A stretch of DNA of 64,000 nt, taken from contig NC_087436.1 of assembly GCF_036321535.1 (NCBI RefSeq), forward strand, positions 96,536,001-96,600,000, written 5' to 3'. The DNA is from Camelus dromedarius (Eukaryota). A program made the position numbers and the translations under genes. Under the pieces are notes generated by a model. That model ran no database searches. It saw only the letters and a list, made by a program, of their open reading frames with translations, and was not told where the DNA came from. Positions 38,730 to 52,900 of this stretch are shown here, piece after piece. Numbering within the stretch: position 1 is the stretch's first letter; every line of letters starts with the position of its first letter.

Positions 38730-41700
38730 ATGTCAAAAACAAGACTGTTTTATGTAGTCACAAGTATCCTCAACAATATATCCAGAGTAAATAAAATAAT
38801 TTTCACATGACAGTTCCTTACAATACTCCTTAATTTATGCTAACATCATTATACCAAAGAGAGATACTGTCCTAGCAATAATATAGTAGAGTAAAACAGT
38901 TTTCAAACGATCCTACTTAATCCAGAGAAGGATTTATCTATGCTTTAAAAAGTTCCTTAAGAAGACTCAAGGAAACCTTATGGATCTTAGATTTATTAAA
39001 AATAATTTTAGGAGAGTTTTCATAGTTTAAAACACATCAGCCTTTAAAATTCCTCCTCATAATAGAAAAAAAAACTTTCCAGATAATTATAACCTGGTAA
39101 CTATTATTTCATCATAAGCTTAAATCACACTCAAATTTTCAGTGTGCTCTGAGGCTGGAGGACTTATTCTGAGGACTTTGCTTAGATAAAAGCATTTTTA
39201 TAGTCAGAAAAAACATTCCTGGTATCCCTAGATCACAAAAATGGATTTAAAATGGAAGCCATTTGATTCATACCAAAGGGAATCAACAATTCTAATACAT
39301 CACCCCTGAAAAAATTCATAGTTAAGTGCTTCTTCAAGGTTATGTATAAGCCTGGCTGTCAATTGAAGCTTATTTTCATGTTTTAAATGGTAAATCATAG
39401 TATCTGCCATATTTTAAGGAGTGTAAATACCTGAAACACAGTGTTAAGTTTTTTTTAAAAACGTGTCTCTCCAGCATCCAGAAAAATTTTTCCTCTCTAC
39501 TACTGACTGAATTTAATTTTCATTATGTAATTAATGAATTCTACCCCCAGATTAAAAGTTTTTCTTATCTGAGTTATCAATCAATGACAAAATTCTTATT
39601 TTCAGAAAAATTTAATTCATATCATTGATATAAACAATTCACCATTCTGTTTGGGACAGTCAGTAGAGGGTGAACCACCATGAAATAAAGAAGCCTTTGG
39701 AAAATGGAGAGGCTTGTTAGTCACCCGGGCACTAAAGGTGAAACTAAAATGATGCATTTGGTTTTAAATTTTTAAAAAGTAATTCACATTTCTCAGACAG
39801 GCTCTCTGCTCTCTGTAACACTTGCTAGGGGTTTCCATCTGCCTATACTTTTATCTCCATTATGTTCTACACATGAATTTTCTCGCTTTAAAGAACAAGT
39901 TTCAATGTCAAAGCTATTTTCTACAAACACATGGAGAAGTTGTTCACAGTATCATGTTAGCACTTTATGGATATATGCAATCTCTTCAGAGGGAGGATAA
40001 CACAAATACGATATTTTCATTGCAGATATGAATTCTCAAAAATATTCCTAACCTATCTGGGTGAGAAATCAATTCCTGGATAAAAGCCTTTTTAGTCAAA
40101 ATTGTGTATATCAATATCCAAAAGTTGGAAGTCAGCCTTACCTACAGCTTTCAGAAGACAGGGTGAAATTTTTGTTTTGGTATTAATATGATATTATGGA
40201 TCAGGGATCCAGAAATACCAAAATCCTGTCTCTGATCAAACCACAATTTCTGACAAAGCTCTGGAGGGAAATGTATGTACAAGAAACAATGAGCAAAGAA
40301 AACAAAGGTTAACGCTTTATTAATTTCCAGACTGGAGACACAAATTCCAGTGCAGTAAATCTTAGTGACCTGGGCCATGTTACATATAAGATACCTCTTT
40401 CTAAGCTAGCTAGTACCTACCTGATGGCCCCTGTCAGCATCTGGAGAAGATAGGTTTAGATAGTCACACATTTGCAATCTAAATCATGCTATTTATTATA
40501 AATTCAATGTGGAGGGGTCTTTCTCCACAGGGAACTCAAGGAGTGGCTTTTAGGAGATGAGGAATGGATAATACAGGAGCCCAAAGCAAGAGTTGTTGAA
40601 ATAATCATCCAGTTGTAACAACTTTGGAGAGAACTGATATCCCAGAACTCAGTGTGATGCTTCCTGTACACTTTGCTACCCTGCTATTTCAGAAAAAAAT
40701 CCTATAAACCCTGAATAAACTAGAACATCTTATGAAAAATACTTGAAACAATTTCAAATTTAATTTGTCATTTTGTGGGATCTAGCAACATTTTGGGCCT
40801 CCAGAAAATTCTTCAAGAATGTGACGAAAATGAAAATAATACACATACAAAGTGGCTGGCTTCTATTTCTTCCGAGTTTCTACCACAGTTAGAATACTTT
40901 TGAATTTCTCAGAGCATTTTTTCAGATAAAATTTAGTAATTTTTTTTGTTTCCCTACAGGGAGAGGACTACTTAAAATGTTTTAAATCCTTAGAAGGATC
41001 TCTGGAGCATTAATAACTTCTGAGTGATATTTTCCCATTTATTAACATTTCAAAACACTAAAGTACTACCATAGAGTATGCCACACAGGTAGTTATTTAT
41101 TTGGAAAACAAAAGCCATTTGAAGACAATCTGTTTGGTGAAGCATTTGATGACATTCAAAAGTGTTTTCAAAGCAATTTGACTACCTTGAGTAATTCGAT
41201 ATTTTGCTCTGTTGAAATAAACGGTCTATCAAAAGTCAAAATGTTTGTGCAGATAAACATAGCCAGGATGAGAATATGAAAGGATGAGAGCAAGACGGTC
41301 ATTTATTAATTTATGCTCTTGTGCTTCATTTATGTTTCATGATGTTTAAGTGTGTATGTGTGTTTTCACATGTATTTACTTATTCATATGCGAAAGTTCT
41401 GAGAACTCTGTAGGACTATGAGTAAGATAAATAATGCCTTGGAACTGCATATGCAGAAGGGCTTTGCATTGGCTTTTCCAGTGTTTCATTTACTGGTAAA
41501 TTTCTCCCTTTAACTCTATTTTTAATATTCCTAATTATCAATTCACATATAACCTCTGTTCTGCCACCTCTTGCAATCTCTAATGTAGATTTGTTTTAGG
41601 TCAGTTTCATTTTCACAGTGATATGACATTTACTGCCTTGAGAACACTGACTAAACTGGAATGCCATTCCAGTTATGTATAAAGGCAACTACAATAGCAG

Positions 41701-42380
41701 GATGACATAAATACGAATAAGTAAGAAATTACAAAGATCAGCCAGAATGAAAGTCAGAGTTGGTAAATGAATACACTATAATTCCCAAAGATAAAAGAAA
41801 CAAAAAATAAGAAAGCAATACTTTTCAATACCAAAAAAAGGAGCAAAATGCATATAACATGGAGATTATTAATGAGAAGGGGTTAGAAAAAAAGCTTGTT
41901 GTAGATCACATTCTTTTCTCAGGAAGACTAAAATTAATGCATCAGAAAGAATATAGCTATGTTGTCAAACTAACAGAAAAATGACTGGAGAGAAACAGAT
42001 TTTTGTTTTTAATAACTATTATAACTCACTGCCTATGATCCCTAGTAAATTTGAAAGTTGAATAATGCTAGATAATCTTACCTATAAAATTTAGCAGCTG
42101 AAATAAAAGCATAAACGTGAGATAATCTGGAAAAAACAATCCTAAAAAAATCAAGACTAAGAAATGAAAAAGTAATGGGTGAATTTAAATTTTGCATTGT
42201 AAATGTAAAACGGAATTAAAGGTAAAAAATTATGGGCATTAAAAAGCATGGGCAGAGAAAGTGTTTAAAACAAATATAAGAAATTCAAAGAATTAAGAGA
42301 AAGATAATATTCATCCATACACCAAAGAAAGGCTCAGTTATAAAGAAAAGAAAGAAGAGGGGAAAAGAAAGAAGGAAAGA

Positions 42381-42643
42381 TGGGACAGGGGGTGGGAAGG
42401 GATAAATTTGGGAGTTTGAGATTTGCAAATGTTAACCACTATAAATACAGATAAAAAAACAAGTTTCTTCTGTATAGCACAGGGAACTATATTCAACATC
42501 TGGAAATAACCTTTAATGAAAATGAATATATGTATATATACGCAAGATTGGGACATTTTGCTGCACACCAGAAACTGACATACTGTAATTGGCTATATGT
42601 CAATTAAAAAAAAAAAAAAAAAAAAGACTGGAAAAAAAAAAAA
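42381..42643 (+). mobile_element. 5'-truncated L1 3' UTR with poly(A), older sister subfamily of the full-length L1
   Basis: GGGGGTGGGAAGGGATA...CTGTATAGCACAGGGAA is shared with 32885-32950. Long poly(A); AAGGAAAGA occurs on both sides. Confidence 0.88.
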
Positions 42644-42784
42644 GAAAGGAAAGAAACTACCAAGGTCAGAGACAGAAATCTTGGGTGGAGGGAACTTCTG
42701 CGTATAGAGCAAAATGGCAGCATACAAAGAACAGCTCATGTCATCAGAATGAACATTTTAATTTATACATGAGCTCCATATCAC

Positions 42785-44075
42785 TAAATCCAATAGCCAA
42801 ATTTTCATCCTTATCTCAGTTGGCCTATCACAGGTTTTGACCAATCTGATCACTCTTCCTTGATGCACTTTCTTCACTTGGATTCTGAGCCCGTACACTC
42901 TGCTTCTCTCTTAGCTCTCTGGTTGCTCCTTCTCAGCCACCTTTGTTGGTCCTCCTGTTCATCTTGAGCTAGGTCCCTAAACCATGCACTAACTCTTGGT
43001 TTCATACAGGCTGATGGCTTTCAATACCATCAATATGTTGACAATTCTCAAATTTAAATCCTCAGCCAAGGCCTTTCACCTCTACTTCAGACTTATATAC
43101 CCAATTCCCTGACATTTCCACTTGCATATATCCTCGATAGACTTAATGTACAAAACAGAACATCTAATCTTTTTCATGTAGTTTTCCTCATTCTAATGGT
43201 GGGAAACTCCATCCTTGGATTTGCCCAAGCCAAATGCTTTGGAGTCATCCTTGGTCCTCCTGTTTATCACATACCTTTACTTCTCTATTGAGAAGTCCTT
43301 TTACTCTAACTTCTAACAATATCCAGAATTTGACCACTTTTAAAACCTCTTCACCATTTCTATCACTATCCAAACCACCATCAGCTATTACTGGGTTACT
43401 CCAATAATCCTAATTGGTCAACCTTGTATTTACCCTTGTCTTCTTACAGTTTTTCCTCTATACAGCAGCAGAGGGATACATTCAAAACAAACATCTGAGT
43501 AGATTGTTTCTCTGCTTAGACTTCTGCAATAGCTTTTCACTGTACTCGGTGAAAGCTAGTTTGTACAGTCATCCGCCAGGCTCTACAAGATCTTGCCTGC
43601 TCTCCTGTTACCTATCCCTCAGACCTCTTCCCTGCCACCTCTACTCCAAAGAGCCACATTTACTCCCTGGCGTCTCCTTGAGCACATCAGGCACACTCTC
43701 ACCTTTGCTCTGGAGGTTGCCTCTGCCTGGAAAGCTCTGCCTTCAACCACCTGCTTGGCCACTCTCCCAACTTCTCAAATCTTTGCTCAAATCTCACCTT
43801 GATGAGTCTTACCTTGACCACCGTTGTCAATGATGCAACTTGACAACCACATCCCTGCATTCAAGATTTTAAATCCCCTTATTTTGCTCTGCTTTTTCTT
43901 TTGTTCCATAGCATTTATAACTTTCTAACACGCTAGACAATCATTTATTAGATCTACTATATATTAGTTGTATCTTCCTATTAGGATATAAGATCAATGA
44001 AAGTAGAGGTTTTTGACTGCTTTGTTTCCTAACGTACCCAAAGTTCACTGGATTGAATTATTAGTTGAATTGAAA
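42785..44075 (+). mobile_element. L2a fragment
   Basis: GATCACTCTTCCTTGATGCACTTTCTTCACTTGG...CTTTGGAGTCATCCTTG...TACAGCAGCAGAGGGA...CTCTGCCTGGAAAGCTCT. Confidence 0.85.
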
Positions 44076-46026
44076 GAGCTTATCCTCATATAATGAATTT
44101 TCAGAGTTATGATCTATGTATACATTATTTTTTATGCCACTGGGTATGCCTCAACACACCCCTCCAATAACATGCATAGTCAATATGGGTTCAGGGATAA
44201 TCACTGTCATTATTTAAGATTTACTTGGTGTTAGGTCCTAATTAAAATGTCAACCACTTACATATACCATTAATTTGAAATTATACATGAAGCATTCAGT
44301 AGATTCAAGGCTCTGTTCTGTGAGAAATATAGGAATATAAAAACATGATCTTTAAAATTTACTAGTCTAGTAGGGAAGAATAAAATAATGTTCATATTTC
44401 TCTGACTGGTAAATTTTTTCCTAGCTGTGGCCCTCCACTGTAAAACCAAATAAAATCATCTTTTTTCAGAAGTTTAGGTAGAAGTTTAGGTTATTCTACT
44501 TTTGCTAAGGTTCTGTGGAATTACAGCAAATGAAATACCTGGTTACTTGTATTACCTGGGTACTAATGGGATCACAATTTTAATTCTGACTTCTTACAGA
44601 GTTCCCTGGAGGCCAAGCCACCATGCTGAGTTAACCTAACATGCTTTCAGCCTCACAATCTTGGTACAGATTTTTTTTTTTAATGCCACAGGGACCTTAA
44701 GATTGTTTAAAGTAGATACAATATTATCATTATGTTCATATGTGAGGTTGTTAATGCTGGGATATTTTAAAATGTTTGATATTTTAAATAAAGTAATAAA
44801 ATACACAATCTGTCACTGGTTGGTACAACTGAAACCATATCTATGGTAACAGAACTCAGTGACCATGAATGTCAATCCATCTGCATTTTCACAAAGAGGT
44901 ACAAAATGAGAATCTCAATTCCATCTACGTTTCAAAAATGCAACCTCCTGTTTAAAGCTAGTGGGTGCTTTGATATTTCAGAACATGGAAGAAAAATGTT
45001 TTCTCCCTAATGTGTGAAAGTAAATGTCCTGTCCTTTTCAATCTTTTCGAATTTTGGAGGCTGGCCTTACTCATAATGAGCAGACAGCTAAGAATGAAAG
45101 AATTCTGACATTTGGTTGAACACTTATGTAATACTCCAGTACTCACGCTTGTAGCAGAAAGTTTAATTTAAACAAGATACTGGCCCCATTACCCAAATAC
45201 CTGCTCACCACTGCCTATCAATCTAAATGATTGACTTTATTTTGTCATGCTGTTTCAAACTCCTTTGATCAAAATATCCATTTCTTTCTAAAGCTGCTTT
45301 TAAAATAAACTTCTCTGATGGCGTTTTTCTGATACTCTTGGCTCAGGGCAGATAGTTATGTAAAGGAGAGTTTTGTTTCGGGAAAAAAGCAGAGAGAAGT
45401 CCTTATACAAAATGGTGTGAGGTACTGGTGACCTATGTCTATGCCTATTCCCATGCTTGGGTCCAGACCTATACCTACTTTGCCTCTGGAGCTTCATCTG
45501 TATCTAACTACACTTGAATGAAAGCCAGTTAAAATGTTAAACATTTTTATGGGCCACATTTTTTTCCCATTCAAAATAAAAGTCATTAAACTGAGTCCCA
45601 TGGGGAAAAACAAGTATTTTTACAAATTAGACATTGTTTTGTAGACTGTAGTGACATTTTATTAAACAGAAGAATGCCATTGAGAAGCTTGATACTATTT
45701 TCTAGCCATCAATATGTTAGCATCTTTTGGGCACATTTGAAAAGTTGTCATTTGGGAGTAGCTGTCTGATCTTTCAATCTGAAGTCAGATTTAGAGTAGG
45801 TGAGGCAGGAGAGACTGCTTGACACTGATGCATGAGATTGAGCTGGGGAGCTGCAGAGCACCACGAACACTTCCTTGAGTGGGTGGGGGAGAACAGACTC
45901 TGGAAGCTGGAAATGGACAGTGAGAGGGAGGTGGAGGGGTTCCAAAGACAGTTTACAGCTCTTCCATCATTTTTCCAGAGTCCAAATCTAACACATCATC
46001 CATATTCCTTTTGTATTAAGGTGTAA

Positions 46027-47410
46027 TTTTTTTTATTGAAACATAGTTAGTTTCAATGTGTCTGTTTCTGGTATACAGCAAAATGTTTCAGTCATATATA
46101 TATACATATATATACCTGTTTTCATATTCTTTTTTCATTATAAGTTACTACAAGATATTGAATATAGTTCCCTGTACTATACAGAAGAAATTTGTTTTTC
46201 CTTTTATCTATTTTATATGTAGTAGTTAGTATTTGCACATCTCGAACTCCCAATTTATCCTTTCCCACCCCCTTCCCCTGCTGGTAACTAAGTTTGTTTT
46301 CTGTATCTGTGAATCTGTTTCTGTTTTGTAGATAAGTTCATTAGTGTCTTCTTTTTCCTTTTCTTCCTTCCTTCCTTCTTTTCTTTTCTTTTTTTTTTTT
46401 GAGATTCCACACGTAAGTGATATCATATGGTATTTTTCTTTCTTTCTGGCTTACTTCAGTATGACAATATCCAGGTCCATTCATGTTGCTGCAAGTGACA
46501 TTATTTTATTCTTTTTTTACAGCATAGTAGTATTCCACTGTATAAATATACCAAAAATTCTTTATCTAGTCACCTGTTGATGGACATTTAGGTTGCTTCC
46601 ATGTCTTGGCTATTGTATATAGTGCTGCTATGAATATTGGGATGCATGTATCTTTATGAACTAAGAGTTCCCTCTGGGTATATGCACAGGAGTGGGATTG
46701 CTGAATTATATGGTAAGTCTATTTTTAGTTTTTTGAGGAATCTTCATACTGTTTTCCATAATGGCTGCATCAAACTGCATCCCAACAGTGTAGGAGGGTG
46801 TCCTTTTCTCCACACCTTCTCCAGAATTTATCATTTTTGGACTTCTGAATGATGGCTATTCTGACTGGTGTGAGGTGATACCTCACTGTAGTTTTGATTT
46901 GCATTTCTCTGATACTAAGTGATACTGAGCACTTTTTCATGTGCTTATTAGCCATTTGTATGTCTTTACACTAGAGAATTGCTTGTTTGGGACTTCTCAT
47001 TTTGGATTGGGTTTTTTTTTTTTGGTGTTATTAAACTGTATGAACTGTTTATATATTCTGTAAATTAAATCTTCATCACTTGCATCATTTACAAATATTT
47101 TCTCCAATTCCATAGGTTGTCATTTTGTTTTGTTTATGGTTTCCTTTGCTGTGCAAAAGCTTGTAAGTTTATTTAAGTCCCATTTGCTTTTTTTGCTTTT
47201 ATTTCCGTTGTCTGGGTAGACTGCCCTAGGAGAACATTACTAAGATTTATGTCAGAAAATGTTTTGCCTATGTTTTCTTCTAGGAGGTTTATAGTGTCTT
47301 TAAGCCATTTTATTTTTATGTATGGTGAGAGGGAGTATTCTAACTTTGTTGATTTACCTGCATCTGTCCAGCTTTCCCAACACCACTTGCTGAAGTGACT
47401 ATCTTTTTTC
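46027..47410 (-). mobile_element. 5'-truncated L1 (ORF2 C-terminus and 3' UTR), older lineage subfamily
   Basis: Minus-strand ORFs KWCWESWT...[43 protein letters not shown] and MISLTCGI; poly(T) at the left end. Confidence 0.93.
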
Positions 47411-47954
47411 TTCATGTGTAATCTTGATCTTAAAGATTTTTCAATGACATCACTTAATATATGGTTCACAATGTATATACACGAAATGGAAAATTTTCTA
47501 TAAAGAAAAACATAGTTTTTAATTGCAAAATTTACCACTCACCTTTTATCTCAACAAACATATTTAGAAATTAATGTTACTCACTGTTCTTATTTTTTGC
47601 CTAAAACAACTAGAAAGTGGAACATCTTACTTCATGGGAGTTCAGTGTCACACCCTGGGAACAGTAAGTCACAAAGGTTACTAGGGGTCAGTGTGCTGTT
47701 GCATGTGTGAATTATTGCTTCTAGTATAATAGAGTCTTATAATTTTGGCTAATTTGTAATGATAGTCATTTCTATTGACAAGTGGTTTAAAACTAATTGC
47801 AAAAAATCAATCATCTTGCAAAAGAAGAAAAGTTATGATTTAATAAAATATTCCATAATAAATATTTGAACAACTACTGTACTCTTGTTGCTAGCAAAAG
47901 ATGTATGATACATGCTGTCACTGACCTTCACTAGGGTATCGTAGTATTTTGTAG

Positions 47955-47994
47955 AATGCAAATGATTATAGAAAAATGCAAATGATTATAGAAA
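47955..47994. repeat. Perfect 20-bp tandem duplication
   Basis: AATGCAAATGATTATAGAAA x2. Confidence 0.9.
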
Positions 47995-48152
47995 AAAAGT
48001 GGTGCATAAAATGTTTATATTGTTTTAACTGGCCATTATGGCAATGTATAGCTATATCTATGTTGATGTATCTATATCTCTATGTGAATATTGATATACA
48101 TATAAGATATTATGGATGCAGATAAGTACAGATACAAGTATTAGGTAAAGGT

Positions 48153-48326
48153 ACAAGTTTCTTCTGTATAGTACAGGGAACTATGTTCAATATCTTGTAA
48201 CAACCTTTAATGAAAAAGAATATTAAAATAAATATATGTGTGTATATGCATGCCTGGGCCATTGTGCTATATTATAAATCAGAAATTGACACATTGTAAC
48301 TGACTTCACTTCAATGAAAAAAAAAG
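48153..48326 (+). mobile_element. Short L1 3' UTR fragment (same family as 42381-42643)
   Basis: CAAGTTTCTTCTGTATAGTACAGGGAACTATGTTCAATATCTTG...GACACATTGTAACTGAC followed by an A tail. Confidence 0.85.
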
Positions 48327-48339
48327 ACTAAACAAACAG

Positions 48340-48790
48340 AAAGAAGTCAATCTGTAAAGGCTACCTACTGTACAATACCAACAATATATGACATTCTGGA
48401 AAAGGCAAAACTACAGGAACAGTAAAGAGATTAATATTTGCCAAGGCTTAGGGGAGAAGGAAGCAGATAGAGATGAAGCACAGAGGATTTTTAGTTCAGT
48501 GAAAGTATTCTATATGATACTATAAAGGTGGATACACATCATTATACATTTGTCCAAACCTACATAATGTACCAAACCAAGAATGAACGCTAATTTAAGC
48601 TATGGACTTGAGATGATAATGATGTTTTAATGTAAGTTCATCAATTGTAACAAATGTTCCACTTTGGTGAAGAATGCTGATAGTAGGGGAGGCTGTGCAT
48701 GCATGGGGGAAGGGAGTTTATGTTAACTATGTACTTTCTCTTCAATTTTGCAGTGAATCAAAACTGCTCTAAAAGGTGTATTTAAAAAAT
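48340..48790 (+). mobile_element. L1MC-like 3' UTR
   Basis: ATGACATTCTGGAAAAGGCAAAACTA...CATTATACATTTGTCCAAACC...GGGGGAGGCTGTGCATG. Confidence 0.8.
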
Positions 48791-49477
48791 CCTTATCTTC
48801 TAACTATAAAAGTTTGATCATGTACCATGAATTTTGCTCTGGATAAGTAATTCCTATTTCTATAGGTCACATCTAAAGTGAACTGGGTAGATGCTTGCAT
48901 CCATTAATGCTGGAGTTACCTAGTGATATTCTTCAGACAGTCAGTCTATTTATGACTTTTGGCATTTCTCACACCTTCTTAAAGACAAGACTTAATTAAA
49001 TCCTGCCTCCCGCTGCCAAATGTCATTCACAAGCCTCTCAGTTTCAAAAGAGAAAGAAGGCAAAAACATCCTTTAGGAAAAAACAAAGTGTGTGCCTAAA
49101 TGTAAGCATGCTGAACACATTCTGCCCTGGTCTATACTTTGCCAAAACAAATGGTTATCTAAATTCAGAAAAAAAAAAATCAAGCTTTGTTAACACTGCA
49201 CATTTCAAAATGGCTGCTATGCCATTTTTAGACATAGTTACTGTGAAAGAGGTAGGTTGAGTTCTGACAAATACAGTAACATTTCTGAATGGGTAGAATG
49301 ATGGTGTAGTTAACATGCTTTCACTTAATGAATGTCTCATCACTGGTAACTAACCCATGTGAGAGCTGCTTGAGAGCTGTTAGCAGCCAGGGAAATGTAT
49401 GTCTAACATATTTGCCAGAGCATCCTGCCAACATTTCCTCAGGCAGTCAATTCATCAATAAGTCCTTTAATGGAAGC

Positions 49478-49676
49478 AAAGGTGTATTGGTATATGTGTA
49501 ACAATCAGCTCCCTGGAGATAATGTCATGGTTTGTAGCATTTTACAATTTCCATGGTGTAAATACTCCCACCTTGCTGATTTACAGCTACCAAGGTGATG
49601 TCATTGAAGATGGAGTTGGGAAGAGACACACACAATTGGCTTTCCTAATTACCTGCTGGCTCTATCACATCACTGG
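49478..49676. mobile_element. MER63-like hAT-Blackjack MITE
   Basis: TTTCCATGGTGTAAATACTCCCACC...GCTACCAAGGTGATGTCATTGAAGATGGAGTTGGGAAGAGA...CACATCACTGG. Confidence 0.75.
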
Positions 49677-52098
49677 ATGAAAGGGTCTTCTTTCTCAGCT
49701 CCAGAAAAAGGAAGAGGCCAACTCATTATTTTGATTTGTGGAAACCACTTTTTTTCTCTTTCATGAACTGTGAATTCCTCTTCTTCACTGGCTTAAAAAT
49801 TGAGTATTTTTCCATACCCTTTGGAGGGCTCTTCCCAGAAAATTCACAGACTGCCCTCCCTTGGCACCCCTTTCTCCCTCTAATGCATCAACCTACATAA
49901 TTTTATGTCTGCTGGTAGTTAAATGTGTAATTTAACTATAAGATGACTAACTGGAGCGAGTCTAATTATGACTGCACTGTACCTATAACACTGAGTAGAA
50001 GGGCAGACCACTAATGACTTGGAAGAGCAAAATTTCCTTCTGTACTGGCAATGTCTACATAATCTAAGGTATCTGATGCACTGAATTAAATGGGAGAAAA
50101 AGCAACAACTTTTACAGTGTCATGAACACTATGTGACTAGCAGGACAATTAATATCCATATTAATATATGTTGCGAGCACCTTGTATACTGTACAATGCA
50201 GAAAATAACTAATTTTTATGACATTAAAAACTGAAGTTTCTACCTTCCCATAAATATGACAGGGTGTGAATAATAGTTAATGGATACAGTTGGTGTGAAC
50301 AGAGGTTGAAATCAGACTTGTCCATTCTCCTCCAGAAAATCAGTCACACATTTCACAGGGAATAGGGGACGAGACTGTCCCCTAGAATTCCCTTAAGGGA
50401 TGGTGAAATTCAGAGGCTATAAGGCAGAGAAAGAGAAGAAAATCCTGGGACCATAATATAGATGTAGATGATAATATAGATAATAAATATCTGTCATTTA
50501 GAAAATCTTCCTGTTTCTCTCTACAATCTCTATTTGATTCTGCATACAATAGCTCTAAGTCTTCATTTTATATAATCCAAGGTTGGAAATCATAGCCCTC
50601 CTAATCAGCTGAACATATTTACTTCCTCCAAAGGCATTTTTCCCTTGAAACAGGGTTAACTTTCCTTGAAAAAGCTTTAATACATATTTCAGATTCTCAA
50701 AACTGATTATGATTATGTAATTAATAGAAAAATTATAGAACCACTTAAAATGGCATGATAAAGTACTCACCATTGTCAGATGCATATTTTGCTTCTTAAA
50801 GAGAGTGAGAAAGAGAGTGTGTAAAAGAGATGGTGATTTAAGCATGCAGTTAGAGATATTTAAGAAACATTAAAACTTTAAGACTTTAAAAATAGTTTTA
50901 AAGTGTTATAACAGAAATGTATAAATATCTCAAGTAGAAGAACATTTCTTTTGTAAAAAGAACATAGCTTCAACATTGGTTTATTAATTAGATGTTATAA
51001 TGTTACTGATCAGCTCTCAATAGGAGATTTTTACATCAACCTTTTCCTCTTATGAACTACTACTAAAGACTATAAAAAATTATTCCAGTTTGAAAACCCA
51101 GAAAATTTCCAATAAAGAAACCACTTTCCCCCTCACCATTTTTAAGAGGATGGCTATTTCCAAGTGATAAACAGGGGTTTATCAAAAGGCTTAAAGTCTT
51201 ATAAATTATGAGAAAGCACAAAATTCCTTCTGCATAAAACTGTGCATTCCTGGTAATTACCATACATACGAATCCCGTGGCTCATTGGTAGGATACACTA
51301 TAAGCAAGCAAAAATTTAATAAAAGGAAAACATTTCTCTCATTTATAATTGCTCTCTCCATGTTAATCATTATGACAAATGGATTCATTATTTGGTTCAG
51401 ATGAACACATTTCCAACATGAATTCTTACTGACCTTATCTAGTCAACTTTCAGGAAGACACAAGGCTTAGTTCTAATGAATATTTATGTCCTGCACAATC
51501 TCACAAGGCAACTCCGTCATTATTGAGATCATGTAACTTTCTTTGGCTTCCAGGATAAATGTCAATAAAAGTAACAGCCCCATGAAATTGGAAGGCACAT
51601 TAACTGCTTTCCTGGAGGAGGCATATTAGGGGTCATCCTGAGAGAGCTGCAGCTCTACAGCATCCTGCACATAATTCAAAGAAAGTATCAAAGTTTGGGC
51701 TGCCTTTCTAGGAGAGCACATCAATATTTTATTGAAACTAAAGATTCAATGTTATAATAAAGGAAAAGCAAAGCAGGAGCCAGGGCAGTGGGTATCTGTG
51801 GCCTGAGGAAGAAAATGGTAATGAAAACACAAGAGGTGAGGGTGAAGAAGACTGTAGGGGTGACCCCTATTTTCTATCAATTGCCATTGTTTTGAACCTA
51901 AACCTCCAATATTCTATTTGTGGAAGCCCTACTTCATTGCTTTCTCTGCTCCATCTGAAGCTGGTTTGATATAAACCATACTTCCTTATGAAGAGAGTGA
52001 TGAGAACCTTCCCATTTTTCAAAGTGTCGATGAAGTAGAACCGTCAGTTGGAATATAGCCTTTTCGATTTCCTCTCAGCAATTTATTTACTAGACCAG

Positions 52099-52565
52099 TG
52101 TCTGGGTTTGGGTTCCTAGAAGAGCAGTCCACGGAACAAGGACTTACTTGATATAGGTTTTAGCTAGTGCACTTAGGAGGCGCAAAGGAAAGCAGGGAGG
52201 GAGGCAGGGACGGAGAAGAGAGGCGGGTTATAACTATGAATCCTTGGGGAGCAATTCTTCAGGTGACCTTCTACAAGGATGGGGAGGCTGGTCATCTCTC
52301 TCCTCTCCTCTTTCTCCCACTGCCTTATCAGTGCTGACAGAAGCATTCCTGGCACTTCCAGGTTGCATCTGAGTGCAGTCTGGCAAACTCCTGAGGTGCT
52401 GGAGAGAACACTCACTCAGGCAGAGAAAAAGACAAGCAGAGAGAAGAGGCCCTTGTGGTCGGAAACTTTTCACAGAGCTGGGAACTGTCTGCAGCCCTGA
52501 GAGAACTATGGGCATAGATGTTACAAAGTTACAGCCATCTCTCCTTGTGAAGTTTAAGCACCACT
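52099..52565 (-). mobile_element. LTR33/LTR16-family ERVL LTR remnant
   Basis: TGTCTGGGTTTGGGTTCCTAGAAGAGCAG...CCTGGCACTTCCAGG. Confidence 0.55.
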
Positions 52566-52728
52566 AGAAGTGACATGATGTAATTTCTCCACAGCTCTGG
52601 TTTCAACCATTTGGCAAACAGAATCAATGTTATAGCCTTAATGCACATTGCTCTTCCTTTAATGGTTTGTGGTACTTTATACTTCAATTTTCTCATCTGT
52701 AACATGGAGATAATCAATAAAATATAAA

Positions 52729-52900
52729 TAGCACTGCTAGGTAAATTACAGGAAATCTAAAAAATGCGTTTTTAGTAGCATAAATATATCCCATGCACTA
52801 TTTGGGATATACTTATAGTAAAAATGTATTTGTTGCTTACACAAAATTCAAATTTAACTGGATATTTTCTATTTTTATTTGCTAAATATAACAATTCTAA
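52729..52900. mobile_element. MER53-like hAT MITE
   Basis: TCCCATGCACTATTTGGGATATACTTATAGTAAAA...AAATTCAAATTTAACTGG...TTTATTTGCTAAAT. Confidence 0.75.

Noticed and set aside
50358..50400. Small hairpin TAGGGGAC-N6-GTCCCCTA and palindrome TCCCTTAAGGGA (similar 8-bp stem at 1501-1520)
   Set aside because: Short stems of this size are expected by chance; there is no ncRNA context.
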